Counted from the stretch's first letter, positions 8,408 to 15,645 are shown. The stretch is 20,000 nucleotides of DNA from Candidatus Freyarchaeum deiterrae (GCA_037305845.1 CP147778.1:1418138-1438137); one strand, 5' to 3'. Numbers and translations are program-made. The notes: a model not told the origin generated them from the sequence alone.

Positions 8408-8552
8408 CGTCGCTGTTCCGTGTTCGGTAAGAGAACGGGTGATCCCCATGCACTATGACCGGCACCGAGGCGCCAGCATTCGGTTTTTCCGCTCCCTCGC
8501 GGAGAGCAGTACTCACAGAATCGTACATGAGCTTAACTTTCACGCAGCGACG
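8408..8552 (-). other. BHB (bulge-helix-bulge) processing motif enclosing the permuted 5S
   Basis: Outer helix CGUCGCUG (8552-8545) / CAGCGACG (8415-8408), 8 bp perfect. Central helix CGUG (8544-8541) / CACG (8422-8419), 4 bp. 3-nt bulges AAA (8540-8538) and GAA (8418-8416) have the correct BHB polarity (each bulge 3' of the central helix). The inner helix is weak. Confidence 0.75.
8417..8538 (-). rRNA. 5S rRNA, circularly permuted gene (predicted 122-nt circular product)
   Basis: Minus strand order is A-GUUAAGCUCAUGUACGAUUCUGUGAGUACUGCUCUCC...GGAAAAACCGAAUGCUGGCGC-CUCG-GUGCCGGUCAUAGUGCAUGGGGAUCACCCGUUCUCUUACCGAACACGGA. All five 5S helices form: I 8477-8470/8465-8458, II 8453-8445/8531-8523, III 8438-8435/8421-8418, IV 8509-8502/8496-8489, V 8521-8518/8481-8478. 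Loop A (CAUAG), loop C (CCGAAC) and loop E (GAGUAC) consensus are present. Confidence 0.87.
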
Positions 8553-8575
8553 TCTATCTCTCACATAACAAACGG

Positions 8576-8583
8576 AAATATAA
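8576..8583 (-). promoter_or_regulatory. TATA box of the permuted 5S gene
   Basis: TTTATATT on the minus strand, about 25 nt before the predicted leader (TSS about 8555-8552). Confidence 0.5.
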
Positions 8584-8819
8584 ACATTTCTAAGCAATAA
8601 CAAACAATATACACACCCTCAAACTACAGGCATAAACACAAAAACATCATCATAAAAACACGTTAAATTACAAAGAAAAAAAACAAGTATGGCCGGTTGA
8701 AAACAATAATGATATTCTTATGAAAGTAGTAGCCTTGCAGATACAAATACGACTTAATCCACACATCCTCCGCAAAAATTAACCAACTAGAGACAGCGTT
8801 CAACAAATGAACAGAAAAA

Positions 8820-8829
8820 TTTATATTTT
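8820..8829 (+). promoter_or_regulatory. TATA box of tRNA-Asp
   Basis: TTTATATTTT about 31-40 nt upstream of the tRNA 5' end. Confidence 0.5.
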
Positions 8830-8908
8830 AAAGTTAATTCTAATCAAACACACAGAATGCGCCCAAGTGGTGTAGCCCGGTCTATCATCGCGGCCTGTCA
8901 CGTCGTGG

Positions 8909-8936
8909 ACACAAAAACGATGGTTTAGTGGCGGGA
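8909..8936 (+). other. tRNA-Asp intron 1 (28 nt, variable loop about 45/46)
   Basis: Central helix 8903-8906/8931-8934 (with G-U pairs), bulges GG^A and GA^A, inner helix CAC/GTG (8910-8912/8928-8930). The outer helix is weak. Confidence 0.7.
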
Positions 8937-8943
8937 ACCCGAG

Positions 8944-8972
8944 GCCAAAAAACAAAGGTTTTATGGCGGGAA
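8944..8972 (+). other. tRNA-Asp intron 2 (29 nt, T-arm 53/54)
   Basis: Central helix CCCG/CGGG (8938-8941/8967-8970), bulges AG^G and AA^T, inner helix CCA/TGG extended by AAAAC/GTTTT. Confidence 0.85.
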
Positions 8973-9149
8973 TTCAAATCTCGGCTTGGGCGCCAACACT
9001 TCTTCTATAAAGCAGTTTCCAATTATTGAGGATTTTTTAGGTTTTCCATTTTTAGATATGAAATAGCTCTGCTGTGATTTTTAAAAAAATAATTATGTGA
9101 TCTATGAATGAGTAGAGGAGGTTAAGCTCGGAACTCAGAAAGGGAAAAA

Positions 9150-9158
9150 AAATATAAA
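9150..9158 (+). promoter_or_regulatory. TATA-like box of tRNA-Lys
   Basis: AAATATAAA about 37-45 nt upstream of the tRNA 5' end. Confidence 0.35.
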
Positions 9159-9209
9159 TCTCCATAGGCTATCTTAGGATGCTCTGAAAAATGTGGGCCG
9201 TTAGCTCAG

Positions 9210-9238
9210 GGGCGCAACGAAACCGTTGAACCGAGAAA
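9210..9238 (+). other. tRNA-Lys intron 1 (29 nt, D-loop about 15/16)
   Basis: Relaxed BHB: central GCTC/GAGA (3 of 4 pairs), bulges AG^G and AA^T, inner GG/CC plus CAACG/CGTTG hairpin, outer TTA/TAG. Confidence 0.75.
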
Positions 9239-9254
9239 TTAGGTAGAGCGTCTG

Positions 9255-9284
9255 ACTTCGGTGGACTTCCCCCCGAAGGGTGAA
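9255..9284 (+). other. tRNA-Lys intron 2 (30 nt, anticodon stem about 30/31)
   Basis: BHB: outer AGAG/CTTT, central CGTC/GGTG (9249-9252/9279-9282), bulges TG^A and AA^G, inner CTTCGG/CCGAAG (9256-9261/9273-9278). Confidence 0.88.
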
Positions 9285-9307
9285 GCTTTTAACCAGGCGG
9301 TCGCGGG

Positions 9308-9337
9308 AAGCTTCTGAAACTTATCGGGGCTCGCGAA
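9308..9337 (+). other. tRNA-Lys intron 3 (30 nt, T-arm 53/54)
   Basis: Central CGCG/CGCG (9302-9305/9332-9335), bulges GG^A and AA^T, inner AGCTTC/GGGGCT (9309-9314/9326-9331). Confidence 0.85.
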
Positions 9338-9553
9338 TTCAAATCCTGCACGGCCCGCCAAAACTCATTCAGATTTTCTGTATTGAAAATTGAATGTTTT
9401 AGGTTGAAAAATTTGAGAGTTGTATGATAGAATAAGAATATAAAGTGCTTTGTTTTAGTTTTTCATTGTTGTTAGTTTCTTGTAGTCGCGTGGGATGGTT
9501 TAAAACAGATTTATAGTTTGTTTGTGATTGGTTGATTCCTAGAAGTGGTTGTT

Positions 9554-12500
9554 ATGTCTAATGGTGAACAGTTGGATAATTGGCGTATTGTGGAAGCTTT
9601 CATCGAGGAAAATGGTCTGGTTCGGCAGCACCTAGATTCTTATGACGAGTTTATTAGACATGGACTGCAGCAGGTAGTAGACGAGATTGCAGCCATTGAG
9701 CCGGAAGGAGAGAATTACTACGTTAGGCTGGGTAAAATTGAGATAGGGAAGCCTACAGTGAAAGAGGCTGACGGCTCAACCATGCCGGTTTTTCCCAACG
9801 AGGCCCGCATCCGTAACCTGACATATGCCTCAAACCTTCACTTGGAGATGGCTATAGTTTATAGTGACGAACGGGGAGGAGATACTGAAGAAGCCCCAGT
9901 TGAGGTTTACATAGGCAGAATTCCAATCATGTTAAAATCCGAAAAGTGTCCCCTTTCCCAGTTGAGCAGGGAGGAACTCATAACTCTGGGAGAGGATCCC
10001 GATGACCCGGGAGGCTACTTTATTATAAATGGAAGTGAGAGGGTTCTGGTCACTCAGGAAGACCTCGCCCCTAACCGTATCCTTATTGAGGAGGCTAATA
10101 AGAGCAGTTCATCCACCCACGTTGCTAAAGTTTTTAGCACAGCTCAAGGTTTCCGAGCCCCAGTAACTATGGAGCGACGACGAGACGGCTCCCTCAGGAT
10201 TTCTTTCCCCTCGGTTCCCGGAAAGATTCCGCTAGTAGTTTTAATGCGCGCCCTCGGGCTGGAGAGTGATAAACAGATCGCCGAGGCGATTTCCGATGAG
10301 GATGAGATTGTCCGCGAATTAATTCCCTCAATTGAGGCGGCGTCTACAATTATCTCCCGTGACGAGTCACTTGACTACGTTGGCAAGCGTGTCGCCGTGG
10401 GTCAGACCAGAGACTACCGCCTGAAGAGAGCGGAACAGGTTCTGGACCGGTACCTTCTCCCACACATCGGTACTGACGCTAAGGACCGGTTAAGAAAAGC
10501 GTTCTACCTGGGCCAGATGGCTTCGCATATTATTGAGTTGGCTCTCGGCAAGAGAACCGAGGATGATAAGGACCATTACGCTAATAAGAGATTGAAGCTC
10601 GCCGGTGACCTGCTGATGAGCTTGTTCCGGGTGGCTTTCCTCAGCCTCTGCAGAGACATTAAATACCAGCTTGAGAGAAACGCCGTCAGAGGCAGACGGA
10701 GAAACATCAAGACTGCAGTTCGTGCAGACGTAATTACAGACCGCTTACATCACGCGCTCGCAACAGGAAACTGGGTAGGCGGCAAAGCCGGAGTAAGCCA
10801 GCTTCTAGACAGAACCAATTATATGTCCGCCCTCAGCCACCTCAGAAGAGTCGTTTCTCCCTTGAGCAGAAGCCAGCCTCACTTCGAAGCTCGAGACCTG
10901 CACCCCACCCACTGGGGCAAAATCTGCCCTAACGAGACACCAGAAGGACCTAACTGTGGACTAGTTAAAAACCTAGCGCTCCTAGCTTACATATCCGTAG
11001 GCGCAGACGAAAAGGAGATTGAAAGCGTCTTCGTGGATCTAGGTGTGCAACCCATAGAAGAGATAAAGAGAGAGAAGGGAGCCAAAGGCGCCCAAGTCTA
11101 CGTCAACGGTCGACTGATAGGAGTACACATGCAACCTCTAGTCCTCGTAGCGGAAGTAAAGAAGCGGAGGAGAAGCGGCCAAATAAACAATGAGGTAAAC
11201 ATCGCCTACTACTCCGACACTAACGAGATACAGACCAACTGCGACCAAGGACGAGCAAGACGCCCCCTAATAATAGTGGAAAACAAGACCACCAAATACA
11301 CCACAGAACACGCGACAAAACTCAGAAGCAAGGAATGGAAGTTCAGCGACCTAATACGCAGAGGAATAGTGGAATTCCTAGACGCAGAAGAAGAAGAAAA
11401 CACCCACATAGCAATGACCCCACCGGACATAAACGAGAAAACCACCCACATAGAAATCGCGCCCACTTCAATCCTTGGAATATCTGCATCCATAATACCC
11501 TACCCCGAACACAACCAAAGCCCAAGAAACACTTATGAAGCTGGAATGGTAAAACAAGCCCTCGGATTATTCGCAGCCAACTACCGAACAAGAGCAGACA
11601 CACGCGCCCATCTACTCCACTACCCACAAACCCCAATGGTGAACACAAAATCAACCACACCCACAGGATTCGACAAAAGACCTGCAGGACAAAACTTCAT
11701 AGTAGCAGTAATATCCTACGAAGGATACAACATAGAAGACGCCATAATAATAAACCAAGCCTCCATACAACGCGGACTAGGAAGATCAACCTTCTTCAGA
11801 AGCTACGAAGCTGAAGAAAGGAAATACCCCGGAGGACAAGAAGATAAATTCGAAATACCCGACCGCAGCGTCAGAGGATACCGCGCCGCAGAAGCCTACC
11901 GCCACCTATCCGACGACGGAATAATCGAACCCGAAGTCGAAGTCCTAGGCGGAGAAATAATAATAGGAAGAACAAGCCCCCCAAGATTCCTAGAAGAAAA
12001 CGCAGGCTTCGAACTACCCACCCAAACCCGAAGAGAAACCTCAACCAGCATGCGACACGGAGAACTAGGAACCGTAGACACAGTAAGCGTAACCGAAACC
12101 ATAGACGGAAACAGACTAGTCAAAGTCAAAATCAGAGACCTAAGAATACCCGAACTAGGCGATAAATTCGCAACACGCCACGGACAAAAAGGAATAATCG
12201 GACTAATAGTACCCCAAGAAGACCTACCCTTCACAGAAGACGGCGTAGTCCCAGACCTCATAGTCAACCCACATGCAGTACCATCACGAATGACCATAGG
12301 ACAAATAATAGAATCCATAGCCGGAAAAGTAGGCGCACTCAGCGGAAGAAGAATAGACGGCACAGCGTTCAGCGGCGAACCACTAAAAGACCTATACAAA
12401 GAACTGACCAGCAGAGGCTTCAAACACAACGGTAGAGAAGTAATGTACAACGGAATAACCGGAAGAAAATACGAAGCAGACATATTCATAGGAGTCGTAT

Positions 12501-12895
12501 ACTACCAAAAACTACACCACATGGTATCAGACAAAATCCACGCCAGAGCCAGAGGACCAGTACAAATACTAACAAGACAACCGACAGAAGGACGAGCCAG
12601 AGAAGGCGGACTCAGATTCGGAGAAATGGAAAGAGACTGCCTCATAGGCCACGGAAGTGCGCTAATTTTGAAGGAGAAGCTTGTCGATGAGAGTGATAAG
12701 ACTACTTCTCTTGTTTGTGAGGATTGTGGTATGCTCGCCGTGTACGATAAGAATAAGGGTCGTTACTATTGTCCGCTTTGTGGTGAGGATATTCGGGTTT
12801 CCAAGGTTAACATGAGCTACGCCTTCAAACTGTTGTTGCAGGAGCTTATGGCTTTGGGTATTGCTCCGCGTCTTAAGCTTGCGGAGAAAACTTGA
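9554..12895 (+). CDS. rpoB: DNA-directed RNA polymerase subunit B (undivided RpoB)
   Basis: ORF 9545..12895; ATG at 9554 is an alternative start to GTG at 9545. LHPTHWGKICPNETPEGPNCGL, GYNIEDAIIIN, KFATRHGQKG and the C-terminal zinc ribbon CEDCGMLAVYDKNKGRYYCPLCG are present. Confidence 0.97.
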   Translation: MSNGEQLDNWRIVEAFIEENGLVRQHLDSYDEFIRHGLQQVVDEIAAIEPEGENYYVRLGKIEIGKPTVKEADGSTMPVFPNEARIRNLTYASNLHLEMAIVYSDERGGDTEEAPVEVYIGRIPIMLKSEKCPLSQLSREELITLGEDPDDPGGYFIINGSERVLVTQEDLAPNRILIEEANKSSSSTHVAKVFSTAQGFRAPVTMERRRDGSLRISFPSVPGKIPLVVLMRALGLESDKQIAEAISDEDEIVRELIPSIEAASTIISRDESLDYVGKRVAVGQTRDYRLKRAEQVLDRYLLPHIGTDAKDRLRKAFYLGQMASHIIELALGKRTEDDKDHYANKRLKLAGDLLMSLFRVAFLSLCRDIKYQLERNAVRGRRRNIKTAVRADVITDRLHHALATGNWVGGKAGVSQLLDRTNYMSALSHLRRVVSPLSRSQPHFEARDLHPTHWGKICPNETPEGPNCGLVKNLALLAYISVGADEKEIESVFVDLGVQPIEEIKREKGAKGAQVYVNGRLIGVHMQPLVLVAEVKKRRRSGQINNEVNIAYYSDTNEIQTNCDQGRARRPLIIVENKTTKYTTEHATKLRSKEWKFSDLIRRGIVEFLDAEEEENTHIAMTPPDINEKTTHIEIAPTSILGISASIIPYPEHNQSPRNTYEAGMVKQALGLFAANYRTRADTRAHLLHYPQTPMVNTKSTTPTGFDKRPAGQNFIVAVISYEGYNIEDAIIINQASIQRGLGRSTFFRSYEAEERKYPGGQEDKFEIPDRSVRGYRAAEAYRHLSDDGIIEPEVEVLGGEIIIGRTSPPRFLEENAGFELPTQTRRETSTSMRHGELGTVDTVSVTETIDGNRLVKVKIRDLRIPELGDKFATRHGQKGIIGLIVPQEDLPFTEDGVVPDLIVNPHAVPSRMTIGQIIESIAGKVGALSGRRIDGTAFSGEPLKDLYKELTSRGFKHNGREVMYNGITGRKYEADIFIGVVYYQKLHHMVSDKIHARARGPVQILTRQPTEGRAREGGLRFGEMERDCLIGHGSALILKEKLVDESDKTTSLVCEDCGMLAVYDKNKGRYYCPLCGEDIRVSKVNMSYAFKLLLQELMALGIAPRLKLAEKT

Positions 12896-12940
12896 GCGAG
12901 GGTTTTCTCCTATAAAAAAATTTTAATTTATTTTTCTTAT

Positions 12941-13375
12941 TTAGCCGAATTGGTCGGTTATCATTAGGTCTTTCATTTTTTCTATTTCGGGTAGTTGGTC
13001 GACTTTTTTTTGTTTGAAGAGGGAGTAGCTTTCCATGTTTTTGCTTTTTACCATTGCTATGATGTCGTAGACTCCGCTTGTGCAGATGTACACTTTGATG
13101 ACTTCTGGGTATTTGGCTATTTTTTTTGCAGTTTCTTGTGTTTTTTGGTGGTTGGTTTCGATTAAAAGTATTGCTAGTATATCGTAGCCTAGTTTTCTCC
13201 AGTCTATGGATATTGTGAATTTTTTGATTGTTTCTAGGTCTAGTAGTTTTTTTATTCTGTTTGTAACTGTACCAGCGCTTACTCCGGTTTTTAGTGATAT
13301 TTCTTTCACTTGTGAGCGAGAGTCATTCTCTAGTATGTCTAGGATTTTTCGGTCTAGTTTGTCGAGGATTTTCAA
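12941..13375 (-). CDS. Lrp/AsnC-family transcriptional regulator
   Basis: LDKLDRKILDILENDSRSQVKEISLKTGVSAGTVTNRIKKL (HTH) followed by a RAM-like domain. Confidence 0.85.
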   Translation of the reverse strand: MKILDKLDRKILDILENDSRSQVKEISLKTGVSAGTVTNRIKKLLDLETIKKFTISIDWRKLGYDILAILLIETNHQKTQETAKKIAKYPEVIKVYICTSGVYDIIAMVKSKNMESYSLFKQKKVDQLPEIEKMKDLMITDQFG

Positions 13376-13573
13376 GGCTTGGCCCCTCGGTTTGATTAAC
13401 CAAGAATGGTTAAAGGAAGGATATAAGTATGCTGGTAATTTTTTTAATGAAATTTTTCGAAAGCGTAAAAAATATGTTTAATTATTATAGAGAAACGAAA
13501 ATCGGATTAAATTGAAGTTGGGTAAGTTAGAAATGTGGTTTTTTTGGGATTTGAATTATGATGTGGTGGAGTG

Positions 13574-13990
13574 TTAGAGTAGCTTGTTGATCAGGCCTTT
13601 CTCGATAGCGGGGGAATAGTTATTTTTTTGGGTGGTCAACACTCCTTCAGCTTTCTTTAAACTTGTGACTGAAAGGACGAAGGCTTCTTCCACACCGACG
13701 GAATATGAGTTCATGATTTGTCCTGCGTCGGTAGCGATTCCTATATCGCATACTACTATGATTACATTCAGGGTTTGCCTTAAAACTGCGAGCATTAAAT
13801 CTATGTACTCGCCTTTTCCCTCTTGGAGGCTTTTTGAAGCAAAAAAGGCGATGGAAATCGTGGAGACGAAGATTCGATTCCCCTCAGCTTTTGCTTTTCC
13901 CCAAATTTCAGTGGTTTCTTCGTTTCCCTCAATAAGGCTTAAGAGGAAGGACGAATCCGCAACAAGAATCAAGTTAATATCACCCAACAA
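13574..13990 (-). CDS. PIN-domain-like protein
   Basis: VADSSFLLSLIEGNEET near the N-terminus and spaced acidic residues (CDIGIATDAGQI..., VEEAFVLSV). Confidence 0.55.
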   Translation of the reverse strand: MLGDINLILVADSSFLLSLIEGNEETTEIWGKAKAEGNRIFVSTISIAFFASKSLQEGKGEYIDLMLAVLRQTLNVIIVVCDIGIATDAGQIMNSYSVGVEEAFVLSVTSLKKAEGVLTTQKNNYSPAIEKGLINKLL

Positions 13991-14149
13991 CTCGTACTGT
14001 CGAAGATTGCAGTCGGCTGAACATTAATTATAACTCATTAACTGAAAAACAATAAAAACATTGCTACGGAAACAGAAAATAGTTGGAAAACTTGTGTGTT
14101 TCTCAATAAAAAAGGCGTAATTATGAGTGGGGCAAAACAGAGAAGTGTG

Positions 14150-14902
14150 TTATAAGTTGTCTCCGCAGCTGCAGAAGATTTCGTGGAGGAGGTCGAAGAG
14201 TTCTTCATATCCTTCTCGGTTTATTATTGATGTTGCGATTACTCTCACGGAGGGGTGTACTTTTTTTATGATTTTGAGCGCGTCTAGTGCTAGATCCGTG
14301 ATTACTCCTCTCTGCTCCATGGTGGTTATTTTCTCTCTGAGCAATTCGGGGTCGTTGAGCATTTCTATAAACTCTTTGGACTTCAGCATGTCTGATTTGT
14401 GCAGGACAGTTATCAGACTAACCCCTAGTTGAATCTGGATGGCTATGCTCATTAGAAGAGCAACGACGAATCCGGTGGTGGTGGGGGAGGTGTCTGCGCC
14501 TAGTAAGAAGATTCCGCATACCCGCATATCGCGAAGTTTTTCCATGAACAGGCTTCCGGTAGGTTTGAACGCAAAGACTTCTAACTGGCCCGGGGTATCA
14601 ATTAATACGTAGTCAGCTTCGGTTTTTTTCATCCGTTCTATGATTTGATCTGACGACTCGTATATCATTTGGCTGGCTCTTATTATGGAGGCATTCGGAC
14701 CTATGTGCTCTTTTTTCATTATTTCTGAAACTCGAAAAAAGTTCCTTATATCGAAATCCGGAACGTAGGGCAGATACTCTGCCCCGGCGTCTAGATTAAA
14801 AAATTTTACTTTGTAACCTTTTTCGGCTAGGAACCCGCCGAAGCTTCCTGCCAGTGAGGTCTTTCCTGATCCCGCTGGTCCCAAAAAGGGAATTGCGAAC
14901 AT
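14150..14902 (-). CDS. GPN-loop GTPase
   Basis: FLGPAGSGKTSL P-loop, FFNLDAGAEYLPYVPDFDIR, GPN tripeptide (EHIGPNASI), VLIDTPGQLEVF, and LHKSD. Confidence 0.93.
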   Translation of the reverse strand: MFAIPFLGPAGSGKTSLAGSFGGFLAEKGYKVKFFNLDAGAEYLPYVPDFDIRNFFRVSEIMKKEHIGPNASIIRASQMIYESSDQIIERMKKTEADYVLIDTPGQLEVFAFKPTGSLFMEKLRDMRVCGIFLLGADTSPTTTGFVVALLMSIAIQIQLGVSLITVLHKSDMLKSKEFIEMLNDPELLREKITTMEQRGVITDLALDALKIIKKVHPSVRVIATSIINREGYEELFDLLHEIFCSCGDNL

Positions 14903-15129
14903 TTGTATTATCCCTACCTATCAATTTAAAATGAGAATTTAAAAATTAATTTTTATTTAGACGCGTGGTAATTTTGTTACTTTTTATACACTATGATTGG
15001 AGTATTGAAGAATTTTTAATCTTTTTTCTGAGATTTACTGTTAAGAATTGAAAAATCGTTTGTGTCAGTAATAAAACATGTGTCATATGGTGGAAATAAC
15101 TAAAAAGAGAGGTTTATGAGTGGTTCCGC

Positions 15130-15426
15130 TTAAGCTAATTTTATTTCGGTTCCAATAGCTTGTCCTGGTAGACCGTGTTTGAAGTGGGCGCTTACTACGC
15201 CGTTTTTACCGTGAATCTTCGTGATTTTTCCTCTCATCTCTTTCCCTGAAGTGGTTTTCCATATTACTGTTTTACCAATAAATTTGGCGGCTTCTTTGTC
15301 AGAATCGATTCCCTGTATCTTGATTAGCATGTATTTGTTTCTTTGGGTTCGTATTCCGTGGACGTAATTTAAGATGGAACATTTTCTTCCGATAACTGTC
15401 TTGTCAGACATTTTTAGCACCTTCAC
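15130..15426 (-). CDS. rpl35ae: 50S ribosomal protein L35Ae
   Basis: QRNKYMLIKIQGIDSDKEAAKFIGKTVIWKTTSGKEMRGKITKIHGKNGVVSAHFKHGLPGQAIGTEIKL. Confidence 0.92.
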   Translation of the reverse strand: MKVLKMSDKTVIGRKCSILNYVHGIRTQRNKYMLIKIQGIDSDKEAAKFIGKTVIWKTTSGKEMRGKITKIHGKNGVVSAHFKHGLPGQAIGTEIKLA

Positions 15427-15624
15427 ACGATGGTTTCTAGGGTAAATTAGCAGCGTCCTCTAAAAAGGATTATGGTTAATTCTGTACATGCGTCACATAA
15501 ATATGTATTATTTTTTGAATTAGAATTTTTAAATATTTGGTTTGAGTTACAATCAAAATTAAAACAAGTGGCAAATCGGTAATCATAGTTTATTTTTGCT
15601 TTGAGTTAGTGTATTTGCGAAACA

Positions 15625-15631
15625 TTTAATA
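15625..15631 (+). promoter_or_regulatory. TATA-like box for candidate small RNA
   Basis: TTTAATA about 20 nt upstream of the candidate RNA 5' end. Confidence 0.3.
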
Positions 15632-15645
15632 CCATGTTTATGTTA

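Larger units (their letters stand above)
8861..8995 (+). tRNA. tRNA-Asp(GTC), two introns, encoded CCA
   Basis: Exons 8861-8908, 8937-8943 and 8973-8992 give 75-nt GCCCAAGTGGTGTAGCCCGGTCTATCATCGCGGCCTGTCACGTCGTGGACCCGAGTTCAAATCTCGGCTTGGGCG, then CCA. The cloverleaf is complete and the anticodon loop is CTGTCAC. Confidence 0.92.
9195..9360 (+). tRNA. tRNA-Lys(TTT), three introns, encoded CCA
   Basis: Exons 9195-9209, 9239-9254, 9285-9307 and 9338-9357 give 74-nt GGGCCGTTAGCTCAGTTAGGTAGAGCGTCTGGCTTTTAACCAGGCGGTCGCGGGTTCAAATCCTGCACGGCCCG, then CCA. The cloverleaf is complete, with anticodon loop CTTTTAA. Confidence 0.9.

Noticed and set aside
8343-8603. 86-aa minus ORF overlapping the permuted 5S
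   Set aside because: The frame lies across the 5S RNA gene. The encoded sequence is low-quality and conserved RNA features explain the region.
9250-9265. Reading the second tRNA as tRNA-Arg(TCG) (loop CTTCGGT)
   Set aside because: No 3' sequence pairs properly with TCTGA in that reading, and no acceptable BHB gives a full cloverleaf. Excision of 9255-9284 gives a perfect stem and a tRNA-Lys(TTT).
11209-12489. Long antisense ORFs within rpoB (11209..11493, 11343..11660, 11896..12489)
   Set aside because: They are explained by the T-poor coding strand of rpoB lacking antisense stops. The sense strand is unambiguously RpoB.
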